In this document: positions 38,303-49,710 of the stretch, piece after piece
Position numbering within the stretch: the first letter of the stretch is position 1
How the letters are laid out: the number at the start of each line of letters is the position of its first letter
Assembly (NCBI GenBank): GCA_030141605.1
Contig: JAQGDQ010000022.1
Span: forward strand, 992,001 to 1,056,000
Length of the DNA: 64,000 nt
Direction: 5' to 3'
Source: Tubiluchus corallicola
Taxonomy: Eukaryota; Animalia; Priapulida
The notes under the pieces: generated by a model
What the model was told of the DNA's origin: nothing
The model's input: only the letters and a program-made list of their open reading frames with translations
Databases searched by the model: none
Position numbers and translations under genes: made by a program

Positions 38303-39992
38303 ATGAAGTTGTACCAGATAGTATTCTTGATGCTCTTGGTGCTGCTATGCTGGGTAAGTCTTTACGTTTCACTTACACCATTTTGTGTTGTTACTTTTCA
38401 AGGTTACAGTGTAAGAAGACAGTGTTCACAATTTAATAACAATTTGTGCGCGGGTAATGAGTGGTTTGTTTTAAAACGCTAATTTGCACAAGGTCCTTGG
38501 CATAATTAATGGCATTTAAATTAAATGTTGAATATCTACCTATAAGACAGTTATAGTTTTACATTCATAAGTAAGGCCCGTTTTGACTAGCGTTTTTATC
38601 GCGTTGGCAAAATCGCTCGTCAAAACGTTTATCGCCATAGCGTTAAAAAAGTTCATGCAAAAAACGCCGTAACGCTGGAGCGATAAAAACGCCCATGATA
38701 ACGCAGCGTGAAAGCCGCTAGTGAAAACAATGGAGCGTTTTTGGAAACGATATTCATTTTCACTGAGTATTAAAAAACGCCGAGCTAAATGCTGCGAGAA
38801 AAACGCTATTCAAAACGGGCTTGTATGGTGAACACGAAATTGTATTAACGATCACGGCTGAAATAGAATAATTTTGATATATAGAATAATAAAGAGACGC
38901 ATTTTGATACCAATGTGACTCTTAATCCCAACCTTGAGTGCGCATCTTTTACGTTTTTTCTTTTACTTTAAACAACATTGCATTATTAGACTACCATAAA
39001 ACAATTTTCTCCTGTTTTCTTGAAGAAATAATGTAATGGTATAATCGCGTGAAGACAAAAAATTTAAATTCCGTTTTTTCAAAGGTGTGAATTTTTCTTC
39101 GTACGCCAAGCAAATACTGATAGATGTAAGTAACTAGTAAACGATAATAACACGCTGATTACAAAAGATGAATTGTATCTAAAATATTCGCCTGAGTAAA
39201 GTCAGATTTATTGTTTCTTAGCAGTTTTCAGGTTAAGGTGTTTTTTCGTTTTACCGTTGTTTAAATTTAGCGTACATAACATGTTTCCGATTGAAAGGCG
39301 GTTTATTTGGATCTGAGCGGCAATACACAATTAGTGTGAACACGGCATAACCATCAAAGCTTGTCGGTAGTCTGTTTATTTGTGTGGTGAAACTGCCAGA
39401 GCGTGTAGGGCTACACATTAAGCTATAAAATTTCGGATTAGAAATCTGTACTTCGTTCGCATTTTTTCATCGCTTTCCCGTCTTTTTTCAAACATATGTG
39501 TCAATTGTAAATCATAATAAATTTATTAATCAGGTAAGTTGGTCACTTTTGTTTATGCAAAAGTTTTAATTTGAAAGATTTAATCACCAGTTAATTCATT
39601 TTCGCTTTTATTGTATTTCCCAGTAATGTGACATCGGTTAAATGAAGCTATGGGTGTTTTGAAAATAACCAATGTCCACTTTTCCAGGTCTAAGAGTTGC
39701 TCTTTCTCTCTCATCACTTATCGAATTTTCATTGTTTGTGGTGTACACTATTTCATACAGTTAAAATAGTCAAATTGTTCCCTGATATTTTGCTTTATTG
39801 CAGGTAACACAGAGTGATGCCTACCCATACGGCGGATGGGGTTGGGGATGGGGCGGCGGACCATGGGGTTGGGGCGGAGGATTTGGCGGGGGCGGTTTTG
39901 GTTGGGGCGGAGGATTTGGAGGAGGATTTGGAGGAGGATGGGGCGGAGGATTTTATGGACCAGGATATGGATTTGGCGGTTGGTGGTGGTGA
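38303..39992 (+). CDS. Secreted Gly/Trp/Phe-rich small protein (gene A), 79 aa
   Basis: Exons 38303-38353 (MKLYQIVFLMLLVLLCW) and 39804-39992 (VTQSDA|YPYGGWGWGWGGGPWG...GFGGWWW*); phase-0 GT-AG intron inside the signal peptide; acceptor at 38295 just 5' of ATG; AATAAA at 40098. Confidence 0.88.
38575..38821. mobile_element. Palindromic MITE, PIF/Harbinger-like
   Basis: Imperfect TIRs GGCCCGTTTTGACTAGCGTTTTT / AAAAACGCTATTCAAAACGGGCT, preceded by TAA; internal AAAACGC repeats. Confidence 0.65.
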
Positions 39993-41399
39993 ACATGTCA
40001 GCGATTGTTACAGTTTCTCACACTAGTCTACATTCGATCATCAAGAATATTTTTTCTAGCGGCTTCATGAAAATGTTCCACAGAGTTTGCAGACTGCAAT
40101 AAAACTTTTGGATTTCACATTCACCATGTCCAGTTTGCGTGAATATGTTTGCAGCATGAACCGTGCCATATAGCCAAAATAAACCTGCTGGGTTTTATGT
40201 GATTTGTTGTTATTTTCTACTACATTTTGATCATCCATCTCACTTATTTTGATCTTTCTTTATCGGAGAACATAATGTTTAGATCTTGAGAGAATTATAC
40301 AACCATCGAGCATGATAAGCCAATTTCTGCTCTTGAGCATGGCACAGAGTTTTCCAGAAAAATTTGTGTTTGTCTTCGTTATTATCATCCCGTCAAAAAG
40401 AACTTGTCTAAAGGATATTTGAAATAAAGTACTGTTACTGTTATTCATTAATATTTGTGTTTTGAATGTTTTTATTAGGCCTATTATGTGACAAGTTAAT
40501 ATTTCACGTTGTTTGTTAAATTACGCATTACTGATTACTTACGCATAGGCTCCCCAAAATGATGGCAAAATGGTGTGCTAGGTGTCCATTTAATGAATCA
40601 GTCATTCTTTTGTAGTCTATTCTTCTAAAGAATTGCTCCGCGGCACGCATTCCTGCACATATTATGGGGCGGGCATTACACAAATATATATACTATTTTA
40701 CTTCGTAGGTCATACAAAACCAGCCCCAGGTAAGGGAGGTATTTCAGCTAATAAAATAATCTTTATAGAATTTAACATCCTAGAAAACACGAACCTGCCC
40801 AGACTGACTGACTGCGGTTAACTGGCTGATTGGCTACTTGAAAGACTGATGCACAGATTGACTAACTCTAAGCTAACTGACAGATTGAACGTGAACTGGG
40901 TGACTGGTTAAAATTTTTAAAAAGAAATGAAATTTTTTTCATATCCCTTTGCGTCGTGATAAATTGCATAATGTTGTAAATAAATTACAACATTTTTTTC
41001 CAAAGAACAAGCACAAAAAGAAGGAACGCGTATTGATACACAATGCTAGATGCACAATTGACCAATTAATATTAAATTCATTACAGCACAAAAAGTGATA
41101 TTTACGTAAAAGAAATTAAAAGATCCTAGAGCATTTAAAACAATGATAATAATAAGCTTTTCATTTTATGGTCATATACGTAAGACTGAAATCTGCACGC
41201 ACACATTCACCTTGCTGAACCATTGGACGATATCTTGAGTAACGTCCTAGTACCTTTATTGTGACAGCCCTGCCTTTTTGTCATGCTACCTTAGTGCTAC
41301 CTTTTTTGTCGCACAACGTAATTTTTCAGTAACTTAGATATTATGTTGAGAACTGCGATTTTTACTAAATTTTTACGCTTTGAAATGTTTCAATAATTT

Positions 41400-42065
41400 A
41401 TTGTTAAAACACCACAATTTTATTAGAACTTTTGATTTCGACAGTTAAAAATCATATCAAACGTTTCGACAGAGCTACTGCTGTCATCATCAGTGATAAA
41501 GTTTTACAAACGTACAACCAGTTTATATATGCAGAGCTACAGCATAGAACATTATGCACTAATTATGTATTTAACAGAAGCCAAATGGGTAATGAATAAG
41601 CAGACGAGTGGAAAAAATTGATACAGTAAATTTGTGCACTAATTATGTGTTTACAAAAAGCCAAATATACAGTAGCAAATACCTAAGTGTTTGAAAATTA
41701 AGTTAAAGGAATTGAACTGCTTTGTACATTAAGAGAAGGCTCATTGGGCACATAGGCAAACTTTCTTTTATTAATAAGTTCCGAGTATTTGTAGCTCTGG
41801 TCACAATGCTGTGAAATGATTAAAATCAGCTTTGTGGCCAAAGACACAAATATGGCCATTAATGATAGATTGAGGAGAATTATTTAATTACTTGCCATTT
41901 CTAGACGAACTACCCAAATGTTCATATATTCTTACTCAAATTGTCTGGATGTGTTGCCATGGTAAGCAGCAATGCAGCTCCTGATCTGAAATCTATAAAT
42001 AATATCAGACTGCAAAAATGTGGGTATTTTGTCTTTTAATGGGAAGAAAGAGCCTAAATAGGTCC
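41400..42065 (-). mobile_element. Penelope-like retroelement 3' remnant (decayed GIY-YIG endonuclease plus terminal repeat)
   Basis: Minus-strand LGSFFPLKDKIP...SDIIYRF..SCIAAYHGNTSR, then frameshifted RIYEHLGSSSRNGK...H...H...LLIK...PSLNVQSSSIPL; hammerhead motif downstream. Confidence 0.82.
41455..41498 (-). ncRNA. Minimal type I hammerhead ribozyme
   Basis: TATCA-CTGATGA-T-GACAG-cagtagct-CTGTC-GAAA-CG-TT-TGATA: stem I TATCA/TGATA, stem II GACAG/CTGTC, intact core, palindromic minimal stem III (AACGTT). Confidence 0.75.
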
Positions 42066-42902
42066 AACTTACTTTCCAAAAAGGAAAGCTACATGTAGAC
42101 GAACAGAAATTCAACTCACACAGAAAGAAACTTACAACTAACGCACTAAAATGCAAGCTCAAAAAGCAAAATTAGACTACAGGCATGTTGAAATTAAAAT
42201 ACACCAAATAAGAATACTGCATTCTCTATATTACGCACAATTAGTCCAGTAGAATGGTGAAAAAATTGCTCTTCAAAATAATTGACAACAGAATCATAAT
42301 GCTTAAATAGTTAAGTTGTGGCCGTTATAAGCTATAGCCATCTTGTAGGTTTATTGGATGACTCTAGATTGGCTTAATATCCAAAATTAATCACCTTGAT
42401 GGTTGTACTAGTGTGCAAAATTTCATGTTAAAAAGATAAAAATGAGTAAGTTTTGGGGGCTTGCACAAGTTGCATGCTGCACATAATTTTATTAAACGTG
42501 TTATTTGATACAGTGTCCTTAATTCCATTTAAACGGTCAGTATTGTTTGACTACGTAAGTTATTATTTTCTGCTTCAACTATCTTTGACTTTCGAATAAC
42601 CCCTGTTGTCAAGGCACATTTACATATTTCGATTCGTTGGTTAAGCTTTCAAAGGATTTATTATAAACCATAAATAATACTAACGCATAATAATAATTAC
42701 ACCTTGATAAAAATTACCCCCCCCCTCTCACGCACACCAAGTCAAAAGTATCAGTTAAAGTGGTTTTAACCATGCGAGTTCCATTCGATTCTTTACAAAA
42801 TTTTATATCAGGTAGTAAAAAATGCGCAGACGTCTTGACTACGATACTACACTGATAAGAAGAAAATAACCAAATCTCTTGAAAATTAATGCTGACGTCA
42901 CA

Positions 42903-42907
<5 letters not shown>

Positions 42908-42943
<36 letters not shown>
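42908..42943. repeat. (AT)n microsatellite
   Basis: AT dinucleotide run. Confidence 0.95.
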
Positions 42944-42946
<3 letters not shown>

Positions 42947-43854
42947 GATGCTAAACGCTTTAGGTTATTCCCTTAGATTTTTCCTAAGATACAGAAGTGT
43001 TAAAGCAATAAACCAAAAAATTAATGGCGGAAAGAATTCACATAACGCTACTGCTAAATTTCCATCAAGTGCTCTACAGTGTTCACCATTTTTAACTAAA
43101 TACATTTTCACCATCTTTAGCAGGCAATTGCTCTCAGGACTCAACAACTTTTGCCCTTAGTTCATCAGCATTAAACGGCACTGTACGGGCATCATATATT
43201 TTTATTAAAGATACCGTAATCCAGAGGATTACAGTAATACTATTTTTTCGACAACAAATCTTGATCAGTGCTTTATTTTCAGCGATGAACACCATGATGT
43301 AAGTAAGTTAATTTCTTTGTTGTTTTGCTACCGTGTGTTGAAACTGGTAGCAACGTGGCTGGTTTTCAATTGTTGATGATTAGTTAGTAATTTGGGTCGC
43401 CCAATAAATTTAGTTACTTTATCATGTTTTTGAGAGCTACGTATTTTATTAGGGCGCCACTAGATGGGTCTGAGAGCTCAAAAACTGCCATTGTATCTAC
43501 CATTTTACGGAATATCAAAAAACCTCGTCGAAAGCCGGTAACCAAATCTGCGGCAACTACTTCTGTAACAACGCAATGTAACGAGAAAAAATAAATTTCC
43601 AAGCTTTTTTTTTGAAATAACAGCTTTTCTGAAATAACAACCCATTTCACACCCAATTTTCTTTTGTACAACTATAACCCATTACAAAGATTTTCAGACT
43701 TACAGGTATCAGAAAGACCTTGGAGCATTTTCCTCCTGTATTTAGTTAAACACAGACTTCATAAAAGTTAAAATTAGCCTTTAGTTATAGAAATCAAAAT
43801 GTGTGAGTATTTTGTCTTACAATATGTGTAATTGAGCGCGCGCGAAAGCGAAAA

Positions 43855-43857
<3 letters not shown>

Positions 43858-43903
<46 letters not shown>
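43858..43903. repeat. (AG)n microsatellite
   Basis: AG dinucleotide run with purine-rich tail. Confidence 0.95.
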
Positions 43904-43910
<7 letters not shown>

Positions 43911-45359
43911 AGAAAGAAAGAAATAATGAAAAGAGACAGAGACAGGGGGGAGAAATTCGCACATATCTTGTCATATCCATTTTAATTTAATTCTGGTTTT
44001 TAATTGTTCGTTGACTTCTACCTCACGAGCGACAGGTGAAAACATTGTTTGAGATAGTAAGAGGCTCGAATGACTTTGACTTTCAGTGAGAGTCTAAGAA
44101 CCTATACGAGTCTGTAATCTTTCGTTACGTGAATGTACAGCTGTTAAAGAAAATCTGACTCGGTTAAATAACATTATCAATGCAGACAAAAGAGGTTATT
44201 GTTACATTCGTCGAAATAGACTCCAAATTTAAAGGAATGGCACACCATAATACGATAATAGGGCAATTTTCTTATTTCGACCACAAAAAATTTAATTGCA
44301 TCACTTTCACGAAAACAGTCAATTTATACAAAGCGTTACAAGACGTTGAAGTAGACCTATAACTTAGTTTTATAAAGCCGTTGTGCAATTCACATTGCAT
44401 TTTGAGTGAAAATGTGGAATAAACGATGAGTATTTATACTATACTACGCGTCAAGACACAAGACTGTGTTTTATGGTGATTCATTTAACGTAGTGCGGGT
44501 TCTAGAAATTTTATGAAATTGTGCATATTTTTGCGATATTTATGACCTAGATGTCGAAATAAAGAATAATATAATTTAATGTAATCTAATCTAATCTCAA
44601 ATGGTACAATCCCTAATATGACTGAATAATAATGAAGATACTATATACATAATTAAAATACTTAATAAGACTTTTACTATAAATCTTATAGAAAGCTGAA
44701 TACTAAATAAACTGTATTACGGTTTTGTAAAAGTCAGGAATTAAGATGCTGATACTTTCCCAAGTTTTATTTTTTTAACCACGACGGTTATGCAAGATAA
44801 TTTCAGACAATTTTGACAACGTATTAAGTTTAATAATCATGCATTGCGTGCGGCTTTTTGTCTTTTAAGTCAAATTACGACATTGAAATACAGCGATTAA
44901 ACCATTTATATCTACATTGGCTTAAATATTGATTTCACAGAAAGAACTTTTGTAGTAGTATTGCATATCCTATTTTGCACATTATCCGTAACATATAATG
45001 CATGATATGTTCTGAATTACAAGTTAATTAAATGTTTATAATTATTACTAAAGCCACAATTATTATATTAAATTTGGCCTCTTTACCTTAATCTTATAAA
45101 AACATCTTGAACATGGCAGCTTGCAGTTAATAAAAACTCTCGTGTTTCGTTGTTATTTTGTTAGCAACAAGTATTTTCTTATTTTCGAAAGCTTTTGACT
45201 TGTGTGATTGTTAATTGCCAGATTAAATCAAATTCAACCATACTTATTAAGCCTGTGCATATTAATTTTGTGTGGAGTGTTTAGTAGTTAACATTGACAG
45301 TAAATTTTCACTTAATGCGACCAAATTTTCCCATTGGGAATGTAGAAAAAACATCTATG

Positions 45360-45650
45360 CGAACAGAATCGTAAAGAACAAACAAACGAATGAGCGAACG
45401 ACGAACAAACAAGCAAAGCCGCAAAAGAACTAACACATGAACAACAAAAGAAAGAGCAAACAAAAAATGAATGAGCGAGCAAGCAAATAAATGAACGAAT
45501 CAATTAACGAGTTAGCCAGTTAGGCAACCAGGAAGTAACAACAGACAAACAACCAAAAGTAAACAGGCAAACAAACAATAAACGAAGGAGCAAACATATA
45601 AAGGAATGCGTAACGAACATTCAAGCTTTAACAATAAACAGAACGAAAAA
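45360..45650. repeat. Degenerate (AAAC/GAAC)n low-complexity tract
   Basis: A-rich imperfect tetranucleotide repeats. Confidence 0.6.
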
Positions 45651-45789
45651 CGGTTCAAATACCCTACAAATATTCTGTTAGGCCTAATTTTAATTACATT
45701 AAAATATTGTAAAGTATGAAAACTTTGACTTGAAGTGCTGGTCGAGAGACTCGTTAGATTAAAACCTCGTCAATGCCGCCACCTTGATT

Positions 45790-46060
45790 TTAAAATAGCA
45801 AATCGAAAATCCGACTCTTCGTTCTAGTATATTTATATTAGATTATGGTATATTAGTCTAGGGGCCTTGAACTTTTCTTAAAAAATGTTTTCAGAGGCTA
45901 CATTAAAGTCAAAATGGCAAATCGAAACCCGATTCTATCAGTCGATGCGTAATTCCTTCTAGTATAAATTCCTTCCTGTGAAACTTCCTGACGATGATAA
46001 TTCAAAATGGCAGATCGAAAATCCAGCTCCTTCAGTCGATGCGGAGTTTGTTCTATTAAC

Positions 46061-46095
<35 letters not shown>

Positions 46096-46110
46096 CAGCA
46101 ACAGCAGCAA
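45790..46110 (+). repeat. Three copies of an AAAATGGCA.ATCGAAA.CC...TCAGTCGATGCG-like unit plus (GAC)n microsatellite
   Basis: Related units near 45792, 45911 and 46004; (GAC)n at about 46060-46096. Confidence 0.6.
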
Positions 46111-47289
46111 GAATTGTTGTTGTTGCGTCCTGTGTCGAAGCTTCGACCAAAATTCACATAACTCTGAGGCCCTCTGGGTTTATCGAATTCAAAGTTACCT
46201 AGAAGGCATTCTTCAAACCAGTTATAAAAAGAACACCTTAAGGTCACTGTAATGTATACGCCCCATGCGATGTTGCTTTTAAAATCTGTTGACCATCATT
46301 TTGGAAAAATGATTTCTCATCTCTGCCCAATAAGCGGTGCGTCTAAACTCTAAAACGTGTGATGTGTTTACGAGATGAGCTATTTGACTATACAGTATCT
46401 GAATGACATTGGGCCGTTAAAACTATAAGGACATAGTTGTAACTACCCAGACCTAAGGCATTTCATGTTAAATATGGCGCACTTTATGTGCCAATATGTC
46501 GTTTGACGAAGGGTCAAATTCTAGCGTATAACTATGTGTAAACCATGCTAATTGGAAAAAAGCCTATCTTGTTAACTTCTGTGTTTCGGCAGCACCTAAA
46601 GTTTTCATTTCATAAACTTAATTTTGCTTTGTAAAACAACAAGCGCACAATTATACTGTATGATTGATGAGCTATATGTCCTATTTACAACTTTAATCGA
46701 GGGACGTGGCACCGTGCGCATTTTAATAGTTGCGTTGATAGTAACCACTGTTGACGGCTATCAGCGAAAATGACATTAAGTTTTTTACCCGGCCAAGGTC
46801 AGCTGCCGGATGAAGACAGAAGCGGGTCATGATGACGGTGATAACCGTACAAAATACCGTAGACAACGAGAGTAAAGCCAGTCAGCTGCCGAAGCACCAA
46901 ACTTGCAATTTGTTAACAATCCCAGGTAAGATAGCAAGACTATTGACTTTTTCGTAGTCTGACAATTCTTATCATCATTAATAACTCCGAATGGATGTGT
47001 GCAGTTACGCACATAATTAGCAACTACTGAAAATTATAATTAATCATTCGTTAATGTTTAAAAAGACAATTCCATACTTAAGGAAATCATTCGTTGGTTC
47101 TAATTTTTCATAGCTAATCTTGATTTTTCAGTTCTTTTTATTATTAATGATGTCTCGGCTATTGCTTCACTAAATATTATTAATATTTACAATCAATTTA
47201 TTTACCACACAGATCAGCTTAGTTACAATTTATTTGAATAAATTGTGAATATAGTTTTATTTATTTTACAGATACGTCCAAAAGTCATC

Positions 47290-48440
47290 ATGAAGCTGCT
47301 GCTAACTCTGTTAGTTGGGCTACTGCTGGTGGTACGTATTGGTATACACACATTTTGTATTGTCAAAATAAATGATCAGATGCCCTTTAGGGTTATTAAA
47401 AACGTTTAAAGCATTTATTAGCTAAATGCTTATGGTGTGTGCCGGCTACAAAGTTAAGCAACAGTGGATGTGACTCGAATGGACAACTGCTAAAAATGCT
47501 TCTGGGCGGTTTCATCTGCTATACTGCCTACAGCTAGTCGACCAAACTGTCGACAAAACGTGGCTTAATACCTCTGCCGCTTCAATGTCTTATCTCGACA
47601 GATTATTTTTTATTTAGTTATATTCCGGTCCAGCCACAACTTCTGCATTACGTAAGCCTTGATTTTAAGTGCTGGATAATCTGCAGTGTATGCCACTTAG
47701 TCGTTTTCATACAGTTCCATTTTGCAAAGCTGAACTAGAATGTTTGTTAAGTTGTGAACTTTTTTAAAATGTTTTAGTTACTGAAACTGAAATTTCGATT
47801 ACATGTTATGTCATTAGACCACACAGCTCCGTCTTATAAAGATTGCTCTTAATTCTATACCGTAACATCTCACATAAAAATTCAGTTTAGTTAATCTCAA
47901 GGCATTGTGAGTCACATTTCAATTTTTAGACATTCTTGTTTTCGTCCATATTCGATTTCAGGGAATTAATAATAGCAGTAAGTTTCTACTTTGATTTTAT
48001 GTAATTATTGGCAAAGGAATCAGTTTTTAAATTGTGTTTTGTTTCAGATTACAGTGAGCTGTAGCTTTGGATACGGTGGATACGGTGGATACGGCGGATA
48101 CGGTGGATACGGTGGACGTGGTGGTTATGGTGGTTACGGTGGATACGGGGGTTATGGTGGATACGGTAGGAGATATGGTGGATACGGTGGATATGGAAGG
48201 AGATATGGTGGATATGGCGGATATGGAAGAGGATATGGCGGATACGGAAGAGGATATGGTGGATATGGAGGTTATGGTAGGAGATATGGTGGATATGGCG
48301 GATACGGAAGAGGATATGGCGGATATGGTGGATTTGGTGGATATGGGGGATATGGCGGATATGGTGGTTATGGGGGTTATGGTGGATTAGGTGGATACGG
48401 TGGATATGGTGGATATGGCGGATATGGCGGATATTATTAA
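47290..48440 (+). CDS. Secreted Gly/Tyr/Arg-rich repeat protein (gene B), 144 aa
   Basis: Exons 47290-47331 (MKLLLTLLVGLLLV) and 48048-48440 (ITVSCS|FGYGGYGG...GRR...GRG...GGYY*); phase-0 intron in signal peptide; synonymous variation among GGY repeats supports coding. Confidence 0.92.
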
Positions 48441-49710
48441 GAAGCATTATTGTAAACTGTGTTACAGGAAAGTACTTTCGATGAGGGTATGCATTGCGAG
48501 GCTTTCACGTAGCAATGTAACAGTATAAGTTTTGTCTGTCGTTTGCAGAGGGCGCCTCAATTCATCTGTCGTAGCATTTTTAAATATATTTAGTTACTGA
48601 GCTGCTAAATTACGTTCTAGTCCAGAGTGCCAGCCTAAAACAATTTGTGTGGAATTTTGAAAATCGAAAGCAACAGAACACACCTGTATTAATTACATTA
48701 GCTGATAAATGCTTAGAAAGAATGGATGAATATTTATTTGGTAAAGCGGCTAGTTATCAGCAAAAGAAAATGGAAGATAAAAAAGGGTCAATTATGTTCT
48801 AGCTGATGGCTATAAAGTGTTTTTTGATTGACTGTGGAAGGCAAACTAAACTATTAGTTTACTTAAAATTTGTACGATTTAATTTTTAATATCTGTTATT
48901 TAAATCAGTGTGCGTGTAAAAGTTGTCATAATGCAGTATTGTCCACGTTGTTTCGGATATTTGCGTCATATGTCTTTCTCGTAAGCTGTTTCCTAAGCAT
49001 ATTCATTTTTTGGCACTATATGACCTTTTAAAATGTTTTATGGTGATGTGACAGTAGATTAATAGTTAGTACTGAAGGTTTGTCGTTTTAAGTGTCTTTC
49101 AAATTTCATTACACTGTACACTGTTCACTCTCGAGTAAAGACTGCTTGAAACAAAAAAAACGTGTTTACATTTATTTCAAAATTTATTTTTAAAGATTTT
49201 TGTTGTGCAAGACAAAAATGAACCAGTGCTAGACACACGGTCATTATACCGACAGTCCATTAGGTTTTGTTTAGAAGAACCTCGGAGTGTGTTTGCTTGA
49301 ACGTCAACAAATAAGCACGTATACATGTGTATAAAACAATGTAAACAGCGTTAAAAATTTGGAAAAATAGTTACTATGTATACAATTATTCAAGGCAAAA
49401 CAAAAACACTTAACGAAAAAACGTCTTTTTACGTCACATTGTATACATCAGCTAACAACATACTAACAACTTAACAAGACTAAACTAGGCCAAAATGGCT
49501 TCTATTAATCGCACTGCGGTAAAAAAAGCAGAGGACAATGTGCCTGTTTGGGCTCGCTGTTTCTTGGAAATTTTTCCTTTTTCCCACAAAATCTGGACTG
49601 GGCTTAATATGAACACACCATCACACTATATACATAATCGAGCGGATAATGTGAAGATCACAGTCACTGTCGAAAAACATGAAGATAAATTTTCAATGTT
49701 GATCGACGGG

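Noticed and set aside
39748-40102. Alternative-frame ORFs over gene A (Arg/Trp-rich, acidic, antisense)
   Set aside because: Shadow frames; splice phase and signal peptide select the Gly-rich frame.
45898-46252. Poly-S/V/T/D/R ORFs in several frames
   Set aside because: Produced by the (GAC)n microsatellite.
48066-48440. Opioid (enkephalin) precursor because of YGGF/YGG motifs; also a CRISPR-like array
   Set aside because: The single YGGF is not flanked by basic sites and is expected by chance in GGY repeats; the 9-nt coding repeats have no unique spacers and the DNA is eukaryotic.
48049-48447. His/Ile-rich minus ORF and Asp/Met/Val-rich plus ORF
   Set aside because: Shadow frames of the GGY repeat exon; only the GGY frame joins a signal-peptide exon.
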